The translations under genes and the position numbers were made by a program. A model generated the notes under the pieces. The model searched no databases. It was not told the origin of the DNA and saw only the letters and a list, made by a program, of their open reading frames with translations. A stretch of 63,624 nt of DNA, the filler included, from Reticulomyxa filosa (Eukaryota > Protista > Foraminifera): assembly GCA_000512085.1 (NCBI GenBank). It is 17 parts of 17 records of this genome, joined end to end, with 100 filler letters (N's around TTAATTAATTAA, not from the genome) between each part and the next. Parts side by side here need not be neighbours in the genome. Positions count along the whole stretch, not along the records: positions 1 to 3,321 come from ASPP01000546.1; positions 3,422 to 5,149 come from ASPP01041112.1; positions 5,250 to 12,398 come from ASPP01014519.1; 14 more parts are not named here. One strand, written 5' to 3'. Each line of letters starts with the position of its first letter. Position 1 is the first letter of the stretch. Below, piece by piece: positions 1 through 10,392 of the stretch.

Positions 1-552
1 TGTTCAATTTTCACCTGATGGTAACAGAATTATATCTGGTTCATGGGATAACACCATTCGATTGTGGGATTTATCATCTGGAAAACAAATTCAATCTTTA
101 AAAGGTCATTCAGGCTCTGTTTTTTCTGTTCAATTTTCACCTGATGGTAACAGAATTGTATCTGGTTCATGGGATAATACCATTCGATTGTGGGATACAT
201 CATCTGGAGAACAAATCCAATGTTTAGAAGGTCATTCAAAAGGTGTTCTTTCTGTTCAATTTTCACCTGATGGTAACAAAATTGTATCTGGTTCAGATGA
301 TAAAACCATTCGTTTGCATGATTCGTCTTCCGTTCGCATTGCAAGCATGTCTGATGTTCGAGTAATCGTTTTTCTGCTGATGACAAAAAATTTTTGTCTG
401 ATTTGCAAGATAAAAAGTTTTTATTGAAATGTATTTGGCAGGGTGGTGTTCAAAGAACTGGTTTGTCATTAAAGTGCAGTACTTGGAAAGATGCAAAAGG
501 TGTAACTCTTTTACAGATGTCAGTTGTTGAGCAATATGGTGGAACATTTTAA
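1..552 (+). CDS. WD40-repeat protein, 3' part (near-identical 126-bp repeats plus a family-specific tail KCIWQGGVQRTGLSLKCSTWKDAKGVTLLQMSVVEQYGGTF*)
   Basis: Repeats of GHS..V.SVQFSPDGNRIVSGS.D.TIRLWD start at 1, 127 and 253. The tail is in another frame and ends TAA at 550-552, implying a frameshift or small intron near 330-370. 5' end is cut by the window. Confidence 0.9.
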
Positions 553-849
553 TTTTTTTTTATATGAATGGTTATTTTGGAATTTATTTTTTTTTACTTC
601 AGTAAATATTAATTTTTTGCTTGTATATTTGATCGGAAGTAATCACATTGACACCAATGGAAAATTTTTCATTATACGTAAGACTGACTACACCTTTTTT
701 TATGCTGTTCAATTGGTAATTCTGTTACTTTTTTAAAACTAAACTATAAACGACTAGAAAAATAAAAAATATTATTTTTTATATTTTGGAACTATTTGCT
801 TTCATTTTTGACTTATAAATTGCTGTACACAATCCTACGTCATACGCAA

Positions 850-2620
850 GCATTCTACATTGAATTGTAGATGACAAACTAGTAATCGATCTAGTTGAAT
901 CGATCAAACTGGTTGACATGATTCAAGTACATGTTTGCAATTCTACAACATTCTTACTTATTGACGCTGTTTTATATTTTTTCCATGTTCATCTATGTCA
1001 TCAACACTTCTGATGCAACGTTTTTGAAACACAATGCCAAAATAACTGACATAGCTGAAAATTCTTTGATCTTTCGCAAACGTTGATCAATAATTACAAT
1101 ATTACCTTGGCAGTTTTCAAATGTGGATTTTTCGCTCAATTCGATATAGCTTAACAATTACCTTACCTTGTCTTTGGTGGATTCACTCAATCCTATAAAA
1201 CCTTGATGCTGCTTTTTCAAACGTTTTTTTAAAGAGAAAAACTATGCGAAAAATTCGAGACTTGGCTTTTTAACATCAACACTCAATGAAATCGTGTATT
1301 CGATTGATATCGACTGATGAAGGCAGTTCATACGATTTGTGAATGCGCGTAAATGCAATTTCAGTCAATATTTTGGTCGCGTTTGTGTCAAACAATCGAA
1401 TAAGCAGCTGTAACATTGAATATAATTTTATTGAATGTTGACAATGTATATGTGCATTGGATTTGATGAAAGGGATGTCGACAACATTCACGTAGGAGAT
1501 CTAGTATTGATGAATTGTTCTTTGATTCAGTCTGATTCTAGAAATTGATGGGTCTGTCACTGACAAAGTGGCGGCATATGAAATGGTCAGGTGTTTGATG
1601 TGTTTGGTCTTTGCTATAATGGATCAAATAGCTGATTGACTTTTTGACTGACGATCCAATAATAGTTTGCCATGTCATAATTTCTTTGGCACAAATCAAC
1701 ACAATTTCAGTTGAATACAAGAACGGCAATTTCATCGACAAGAAATAATTACAGAGGCAGCTGATTTGTCACGATATCATTGGAGAGTAACCGAAATAAT
1801 AATTGTTTGGAATCAGAAGCAGCAATGATGATTGATTTTTGTAAGTTGGATTTATTTTTAAACAGAAAAATCTTCAAATGGATTCAATTAAATATTTTGA
1901 TCACAAAATACTCTTTCATTTTATGAGCAATTGGATAATAATTTTTGTTTGATTTGTTAAATCAAAAATTTGAAAAATAATAGAATTAATAATATTTGTA
2001 ATTGTTCAAAATTGATTTTGGCACGTAATTAGAAATTAGTTTTGATGAAGTTTTCTGTTATTTTTAAATTTGGATAGAGCTGTCAAAAATCTTCATATCC
2101 TTGCTTAAGAACATTTGTGGAAATTAACAATGTTGTATCTTCTTCTAATTCTTGGTTTTTTGATTTTCTCAATATCGATATGACATCAACACGATTTACT
2201 GGATTCGTTTCATCCATAATATATTTCTTTAATACTCAAATAAAATTACATCAATTGCTTTCCTTTTGGATCGAGTTTACAAAGTTGGTCATAAACAAAT
2301 TGTTTGTGTAAGGAAGACAAATGTGTAAACCATTTCAATCAAATATGAAAATTGAATTGAAATTATTGACATTAAATGGATATCATAAATATGAATACTT
2401 GAATATGGATAATTTTAGGATTTTTTGTGAAAATTGTATCTGTTATATCATCTAGATATTCTTCTGAAATATATATTTCAAAAGCTTATATTTATTATAA
2501 TCGAAATCAAATAAACAATAAAAATATTATAATTAATCTTTTGATTGATGTGCATTAATTTCAATTGATTTTCTGTCTATCAAAAATGCAACTAGTATTC
2601 ACATTCAGATGATTGTGATA
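850..2620 (-). pseudogene. Degenerate relic of a large protein, possibly an RNF213-like AAA+ ATPase
   Basis: Minus-strand fragments in shifting frames (IEINAHQSKD, QLYPNLKITENFIK, ILDLLRECCRHPFHQIQCTYTLSTF/MLQLLIRLF) loosely recall the region before the first Walker A of RNF213-like proteins. Many stops and no intact P-loop. Confidence 0.25.
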
Positions 2621-3321
2621 CAATACAAAATGATATTAAAGTATAATGTAAATATTTATTTATCATTTATCCAATTTAAATTTTTTGGTTTACAATTCAA
2701 ACAAATAAGCATTTATTAATTAAACTCAAAGGTGTACAAAAGTGTGTTTTATTTGCATTGATATAGTGATTTATCAAAGGTGGAAAATATTATTTAAAGA
2801 AACATCTATATATAATTACAAAATAATGTAATAATATTGCCAACAGATTGTCAATTTTGCTAAACATATCCAAAAAATTATGTTTGCTTAAATTATGCAT
2901 AATTTGATAAATTTCAAAGTAAAAAAAACAATTGAATTGATTAAAAATTTGTCTTTTAATATCCATTCCAAATATTTTTTATTTCTAAGACCATTAAATC
3001 AAATTGAAAACTTTATTCATATAAATTCATAAATGAATTGTTATTCTTTTTCATTAAAAAGAAAAATAAATAAATCAAACAACACTCCAAATTTTAAAAT
3101 AAATAATTTTAAAAATTGAAATCAAAATAAATTTATCCCCAAACACAAATTTGGCCACTTTGTAAACCATAATATAAATGAACACCACAATCATCTTTTG
3201 ATTTTTGTCCATTATCATTTACTTTCTTTTTTAATGATATAAATTTAAGACAAAATACTTTATCACTATCATCGTCATCATCATCACTTCCTTTAATCAC
3301 ATATAATTCTTTCTTATTTGA

Positions 3322-3421
3322 NNNNNNNNNNNNNNNNNNNNNNNNNNNNNNNNNNNNNNNNNNNNTTAATTAATTAANNNNNNNNNNNNNNNNNNNNNNN
3401 NNNNNNNNNNNNNNNNNNNNN
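3322..3421. other. Artificial contig linker (N44-TTAATTAATTAA-N44), first of 16
   Basis: Identical 100-nt blocks at 3322-3421, 5150-5249, 12399-12498, 13918-14017, 16590-16689, 21584-21683, 26952-27051, 29186-29285, 35601-35700, 39641-39740, 43419-43518, 45733-45832, 48437-48536, 53381-53480, 55474-55573 and 59495-59594. Confidence 0.98.
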
Positions 3422-4571
3422 AAGTGTCCTTTGAAGTTTTTGGAATGTAAATTTAAAGGATTTGGATGTGATGATATTTTATTTGAGTTTAATCTTGAAC
3501 ATCATTTGGAATTACAAATGAAGGAACATTTGAATTTGTTGTTAGATTGTATTCTTCAAAATAAAATAAACCAGAGGCAACAATGGGATAAAAAAAAAAA
3601 GAAATGAAAAAGTTACAAAATAATATCCAACAAGAATTACTCAAATATCGGGCAGATTTTGAATTAATGAAAAAACAAATCATAGAACAAAATAATACAT
3701 TTCAAGTTATATTTCATTTCATTACTTTATCATATTATTTACATATAATTTATACAAACAAATAATAGAATCAGTTTAAATTCAAAATTGATGAGTTAAA
3801 TCGTAAATTAAATGAAGATATTATCGAAATCCATCAATTGAAGATACAAAACAAAGATAATGAAATTAATATATTAAACCAAAATACTCAATTGAAAGAT
3901 AAACAAATTATTGGTAAAGATGAGTTAATTCAACAAATGGAAAGAGATTTCAATGATAAAAAAAAAAAATTACAATATCAATATGAGCAATCCATTACAT
4001 TATTAGAAGACAAAAATTTACAAGATTTTCAAACATTATCAAAAAAACCAAGTGATCAAAACAAAGAACTCATACACTTAATTTTGACAGCTTTCGCTCA
4101 TCATCTAAATTACTCAAAATTTTCACAGACTCTGACTTTGTGCGGAGTATTGATTATTCAACATTTGATGATGAACAATTCATTTGTTCTGGATCATGTC
4201 ATTTGATGGTGGTAGATATTTATGTTCTGGATCATTTGACAAAACAATTCGTTTATGGGATATTGAAACATCAAAATCATTACATGTTTTCAATGGACAT
4301 GAAAAGGGTGTTTGGTGTGTTGATATTTCACCATTACAAAGCAATATGTTCTGGATCAAATGATAATACAATTCGTTTTTGGGATATTCGATCAAATAAG
4401 AATGAATTATATATGATTAAAGGAAACAAATATGAAGATGATGGAATAACATGTCTTAAATTTTTGCCATTGAAAAAAAAAGAAAAGGAAAATGAAAATA
4501 AAAAAAATATCGATTATGATTTCAAATTGTGTTATGGTTCACTCAAAGGTCCAATTTGTATTTGGGGATAA
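3422..4571 (+). pseudogene. TRAF-type Zn-finger + coiled coil + WD40 protein, frameshifted and internally deleted
   Basis: KCPLKFLECKFKGFGCDDILFEFNLEHHLELQMKEHLNL (TRAF Zn-finger-like), a coiled-coil ORF at 3838-4206, and WD40 pieces ending ICSGSNDNTIRFWDIRSNK...LCYGSLKGPICIWG*. Several frame changes. Confidence 0.75.
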
Positions 4572-5249
4572 GATAAATTTTCCAACAAGAAATGTGTGAT
4601 TAAAAAGATAATAAAGAAAATAACGTTTTGATTTAATCAAACAAAACATTGTCGTTAGATAAATCAGTGAAAATACATATTTGAAATTTTTAGTGCGTTT
4701 TTTATATAAACAAAAATTTGAGTTTGCAATCTAAAAAAACATTAATTCGTGATTTGTGTGTAAAATTCTTCAAGAAAATGAAAACATAAACAATTATCTA
4801 ACTCACATTGGAAGAGATGAAGATAATCAATTATTGGTGAGCGAAGAATGGATATTGTATTGTTGTTTGGTAAAAATATAAAACTTTTCTAGCAATTATA
4901 TGATTTAGTCCAATAAACTAAATTATATATTCAGTTTTTTTTCAACTTGCTGTAATAAACTTTAACAAATTTTTTTTTAGAATAATTTATTTTGATAAAA
5001 ATCAATTTCAATTTTGTTTGTCACTCAGTGATGAATTACTTGATTTTTTCTAAGAAAGTGACAATCTTTTTTTGTTTTTTCTTTGACAACATTCCATTTT
5101 TATCTTTTCATTTTTTCAACGCTTTGTAAATTACGTTGTCAAATATCTANNNNNNNNNNNNNNNNNNNNNNNNNNNNNNNNNNNNNNNNNNNNTTAATTA
5201 ATTAANNNNNNNNNNNNNNNNNNNNNNNNNNNNNNNNNNNNNNNNNNNN

Positions 5250-5438
5250 TAATACAATTCGATTTTGTGATATTCGATCAAATAAGAAAGAATCAACTGT
5301 AATCAAAGGAGATAAAAAAGATTATGGAATATTATGTTTTAAATTTCTACAGTTAAAAAAGAAAAACAATCATAATAGTCTTCGTGGTATTAATCTGTGT
5401 TATGGTATTGGAAAAGGTACTATTCGATTCTGGGTGAA
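5250..5438 (+). pseudogene. 3' end of a WD40-family gene (degenerate)
   Basis: NTIRFCDIRSNKKESTVIKGDKKDYGILCFKFL...INLCYG; homologous to 4365-4571 and 27670-27851. Confidence 0.7.
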
Positions 5439-6422
5439 ATATCGTTTTCCCTACAAAAATAAAGTTGTTAATTGATTTGAATGAATTAAATGAAGTACCT
5501 TTTTTTTGCATTATCAACTTTTCGGCTAAAAGAAAAGATAAATTATTAACAAATTTCATCAATCATTCTTATCTACAAAATAAATAAATTGTACTATATT
5601 GCTGTCATTTTGTTTTGTCTTTCAACAAAATGTAATCCATGTTTGCAGTATAAATTGATGTAAATTCAATCGCAATTCGTTTGATTAAAAATTTCTTTTC
5701 AGAAAGAAAAATAGAAAGTAGATTGATATTGTCGTTGCAGCAATTACACAGTGTACCCAGTTCATTTTACGTTTCAAGAATATTATGTCCGCGTATGACA
5801 GCATTTTAAACATTATATTTGGATACACACATGCATGAACATACAAAATGGCATAAACTTTTACATCCGATTTTTTCTTATTCAATATCAATGCGGACGT
5901 AATCAAACTGAGTAGCACCATTGAAAAATGATGTTGTTTGACACAATTTATGTTAAACGTCTGTCTAGTTGGTGTGCTACTTCTCAATCACAGGCAATAA
6001 CATACTTAGTACGCTTGGCACGTCCGATACATTGCAACTATTCCCAGCAGAATCTCAAATCCAGTTCCAGTAGTAAAACTAGTTTTATACTTGTGTGACA
6101 CTCCCTTTTGCTTTGCCCAAGATTGTTGTACTTTAAAATATAGATTTTTTTTTTTGCGGTCCTTATTTTGTGTAGACCTAGTTATTATCTTTTCATTGGC
6201 CCTTTGAAACTTGGACGCTTATCCTGAGGCCGTAGAGGTACGATGCCGACAACTCATTAGTGCAGAATAAAAATCTCGGCAATGTATATGCACGAGGACA
6301 TAAAAAGTGTGTGCATGAAATTTTATGTGACGTTTCCTGAAAAAAAAAGTAATTAATATCACAAAAAATTTGAACTTTACAACATAGACCTTGAAAAACC
6401 AAATTAAAATACTTCAAAGTGG

Positions 6423-6995
6423 TCACGATGTCTCCTTGGAATCACCTTCGAGCGGTTTTTTTTCAGCAGCTTTTTCAATTTCTTGAAATTTTTGAAGAAT
6501 TTTTGGAGAGAAACCAGGTTCTTTGGAGATCCTTTTGAATTTTCGTTTCATGGACACATTGTTCGCAGTAAACTTAAGAATTAATTTCTCATCTTCAAAA
6601 AATTTTTCAATTATGTGAAATTTCGGTGGCTTCAATTCGAATCTTGTATGCTCTTCGAGTACGACCTTGTTGGAAGTATCTGGTTTGAAGTAAGCCTTTG
6701 ACTTTGTCTGTTCTCCAGTGTACGTGGTAAAAAAAAATTCTTTATTGGGATCTAGTACCGTAGAGAATACCATCTCCCCTGCTAATGATGTTGCATGTGC
6801 TTTCCAAGCGTTTGTGGCCGGGTCATGGTATGCTCGTATCGTCTCACCCGACACCGAAGCGAGTTTTCGCATCACCCAACCCATCTGTTCCCCTTTCTCC
6901 ATAAACTCATCAAAATTTTCAGTCGTTTCTAATTCAAACTGCCCTGTAAATGGGCTTGCTTCTTCTTTCACCTCGCTTTCAGCAACTTGGGTCAT
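6423..6995 (-). CDS. Fatty-acid-binding protein (FABP/iLBP, calycin superfamily)-like protein, intronless, 190 aa
   Basis: FTGQFELETTENFDEFMEK..MGWVMRKLAS matches the FABP N-terminal signature (GxWxLxxSENFDEFMK.LGV....RK). EFFFTTYTGEQTKS matches EFEETTADGRK.K, and EDEKLILKFTANNVSMKRKFKR matches DGKLILTLT..DVV.TRVYKR. Confidence 0.85.
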   Translation of the reverse strand: MTQVAESEVKEEASPFTGQFELETTENFDEFMEKGEQMGWVMRKLASVSGETIRAYHDPATNAWKAHATSLAGEMVFSTVLDPNKEFFFTTYTGEQTKSKAYFKPDTSNKVVLEEHTRFELKPPKFHIIEKFFEDEKLILKFTANNVSMKRKFKRISKEPGFSPKILQKFQEIEKAAEKKPLEGDSKETS

Positions 6996-8090
6996 TTATT
7001 ATTTATCAAAGACTTTCTATGAACGACACAAGATCTCCTTTTTGGCGTTTCTTGAAAGGCCAGCTCTTTTACAGTAAATTTTTTTAAGTTTGACTAAGGC
7101 AATAAATTATCGAAAATATTTTGTAACTGAAAAATTTGTAATTGGCAAATATCTGTTTTAAAATTACTATTATCAGTACAATAATTAGATTTAAATTTAG
7201 TTTTTAAATTGTTAAATGCGAATACAATGATTTGAACAAAAGTTGAAAATTGATCTGTTTTGATGCGAGTAAAAAAATGAAAAAAGAGTGGAAGGGTGCC
7301 TTGAACTCTTTAGAAAATACAGATAAAAACAGCACAAAAAAGGTAAAGTAGAGTTAGGCACTAAGTGTAATACGAATGTACTCTTCTCACGTAAATCTCA
7401 AGAAAAATGAAGAAGTAATGAAAAAAAATAACCAAAAACTAACAAAGAAACATAAGAAAATAACAAAAATGAAAAAGTAAGATTTAGAAAAAGAGGTTTC
7501 TACGTTACAGTTAGGGCTTCCTGTTTCAATTGTATAGCACTGGTGTTTCATTCAACCAGAATTTTGTTTTTATTTTTTCATTATTAAATTACATGCCATG
7601 TGAGCTAATTTGTGTTATTTGCTAGAGACTAAAGACACTATCTCAGCAGCTATATTGCATTTAATTTTTTTTTTTTTACATTTAATGGTGTATGATGATC
7701 CTCAACTCACTTATTGAAAATAAGTAATTGATTGAAATAAATAAGAGATGCAGTGTATAACAAAGGTTCATTTGAACGTGCAGCAATCGCAATAAAGAAA
7801 CTTGTGAATATAACTCGGTCGCTAAAACTTGCATTGGTAACCTTTACGATAAAAAGTACAAACCTTGTAGGTCCAGAAATCAAGATAACTTGGATTGTGG
7901 CAAATATAATGTCCTGTGGGAGACATAAGCTGAAAACTATTTTACAGATAAGAGAGTTTAAACTTGAAAATAGATTTTTTTGTTTTCCAATGAATGTTGT
8001 TCATCCCAATCGTAACACACACACACATACAGTAATATGTTACAATTACAAAACAGTATTCCACAGAACACTACAAGTGAGACATACCAA

Positions 8091-9092
8091 TTAAGCGAGC
8101 AACATCAGCACGGCAAGTAGACTCAACACTACCATTTGAAACATTGCAGGATTGATCGCCGAGCTTGTCTCTCTGGGAGGAAGTGTTTCTTTGGGGGGTA
8201 CACAGAAATTGACTTGATAATGACTGTTACGACAGTGGAACGTCGAAGTAAGATCGTCAAACTATTGAGCAAATTATTGCACAGACGTGCAAGATGTCCC
8301 CCCCCTCCTTTCATTCGTTTATAAAATTTAAAAAAAAATAAATAAATAAATACCTGCCACGAATAAGCGGTTGGTGAATTACTTTTAAACATTCGCGCGT
8401 AGTTGACTGTTTCAAATCCTGAGCTTGGAGAATATGGCCAATCAGGAATTCCAGTTCCAGAAATCACAACGCATGTCCTGTTAGCGGGCCAGTACTTATT
8501 ATTATTGGGATGAGGACTACAGCCAAAAGAACAACTCGTGCTATTGTCGCAACGATCATTAGCAGCACTACACTGACAGCACAAGAAATCTACCATGGAT
8601 CCATGATGTGTGGCTAATTACAAAAAAAAAAAAAAAAAAAAAAATTATTTTGAATATTATTATACGTAGAGAAAGAGCACTCATCCTTTTGTGCCTGGAA
8701 AAGAGTATACGTACTCGTATAATTCGTTCCACTCGCACCAACGGCCGACGCGTCATTTGCCCAATTGCTAAGAATGGAGCTCTTGCTGATCATTTCTTTG
8801 GATTTAACTGCCTTGCAGATGGAAGAGCAAAATGGCGTGTTCGAATAAGCTCCCGTCCCACTCCAGCGTAATTCAGGTGGGCAGTGACTTGCCACGTCAA
8901 ATTCATTGATGTTTGCTTCTTTGCAATAATACGAAGAGTTTGAACCACAGTTGGTATCATTTTCGTAAGGGATTACACTCATTGGAATTGTGTAGCCATC
9001 AACCAAGCTCATATCGTACGTATCACTTTCCGTTGTATTTCCAGCAATGAAAAATTCGGCCAAGCTTGTTTGTTGAGAAGAGGTACATTTTC

Positions 9093-9124
<32 letters not shown>

Positions 9125-10011
9125 TTACGTATACGTACCTCAAAAAAAAAAAAAAATTGTCCTAACGTGTCTCCGCAACAAGTCCCATTTATTCCATTGT
9201 TGTTGTCACTGCTCGCACATCCACCACTATCGCATTGAAAGCTGTTAAGAGAGGCATTTTGGCGACAATTGGTGCGTGGCCAAATTCTTCCACTCCATGG
9301 ACCGGAAATGTGGATCTCGTCTTCAGAACCTGCAGGGAGTTGAAATCCTCCGTGACGAGGACCCCATGGCTTGCCATTGGTACTGTTCGTACCGTTCGTA
9401 CCGATCACGCCTACATACAAGTCGAATGAACAGTAATTTCGTAACTTTAACGTCCGAACTTTTTTAAACGGGATAGTGTAAGGGCATGTGTGTTTGCAAC
9501 AGTTGCTCAGTTTTTCTGGACAAGTTATACTCGCGTAGGTACTACTACCTCCACAATATCGACAGGTCAAGTTGTTGTTAGCATCACAACCTAACATCCC
9601 TTTCTTACAGGTTTCGTCCACATAACAGGATACCTCTCCTCCTGTTGATTTACAACAGTCGCTCAGTTTTTCTGGACACGTTATATTCACATAACTACCG
9701 CTCCCACAATATCGACAGGTCAAGTTACTGTTGGCATTACATCCTAGCATCCCATCCTTGCACGTCTTGTCCACATAACAGGACACTTGTCCACCTGCTG
9801 ACTTGCAACAATTGCTCAGTTTTTCCGGGCAGGTTATATTCACGTAACTACCACTTCCACAATATCGACAGGTCAAGTTGCTGTTGGCATTACATCCCAA
9901 CATCCCATCCTTGCAGGTTTCGTCAACGTAACACGACTGCGCACCTACTAACGGGATACTCAAACCACAAAATAGCACAAGTGCAATACTCAATACTTTT
10001 TTATTCAGCAT
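8091..10011 (-). CDS. Secreted thaumatin-like (PR-5) protein with three N-terminal Cys-rich repeats and a hydrophobic C-terminal tail (probable GPI signal); about 3 introns
   Basis: Signal peptide MLNKKVLSIALVLFCGLSIPLVGA. Thaumatin motifs RNYCSF, GGFQL, WSGRIWPRTNC, TSLAEF, YDMSLVDGYTIPM, CPPEL and YARMFK...AYSWQ/FDDLTSTFHC. The last exon (8262-8091) ends NPAMFQMVVLSLLAVLMLLA*. Confidence 0.9.
9494..9940 (-). repeat. Three tandem 153-bp (51-aa) 8-Cys repeats in the thaumatin-like gene
   Basis: Anchor caatatcgacaggtcaagtt at 9554, 9707 and 9860. Unit: SCYVDETCKDGMLGCNANSNLTCRYCGSGSYVNITCPEKLSNCCK. Confidence 0.95.
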
Positions 10012-10392
10012 ATTTGCTTATTTTTCTTTTTTTGCGCGCTCAAAAAGAAAAGAACAAGGCACAACAAACTTATTGCCAACGAGTTTTTTTTTTAGTACTT
10101 TGGGCGGTGAACTTTGTTTAAACTACAAAAAGGGGCAGTACAAACTATTTTTTTTTTTGGTAAACTTGAGCTGATATAGGTGTGTACAGTTATAAATCCA
10201 TTACAATCATCATTAACTGCGGTTTGACATTTTAAGCTTATTGCATGAAATTTTGCACAAAATATGGCCAGAATTAAAATAATCACAAAATATTTTCAAT
10301 ATTGTCTTTGTTCCAAATGAACAGCAAACATAAACAAGAAAAACAGAACGGAAAAACTCTCCTTGTCGGTTTCTCAGCCTTGATCCAAAAGA

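Noticed and set aside
3322-3421. Regularly recurring palindrome TTAATTAATTAA between unique segments (CRISPR-like or IES-like appearance)
   Set aside because: It is always embedded in exactly 44+44 N and encodes stops in all six frames, so it is an artificial concatenation linker.
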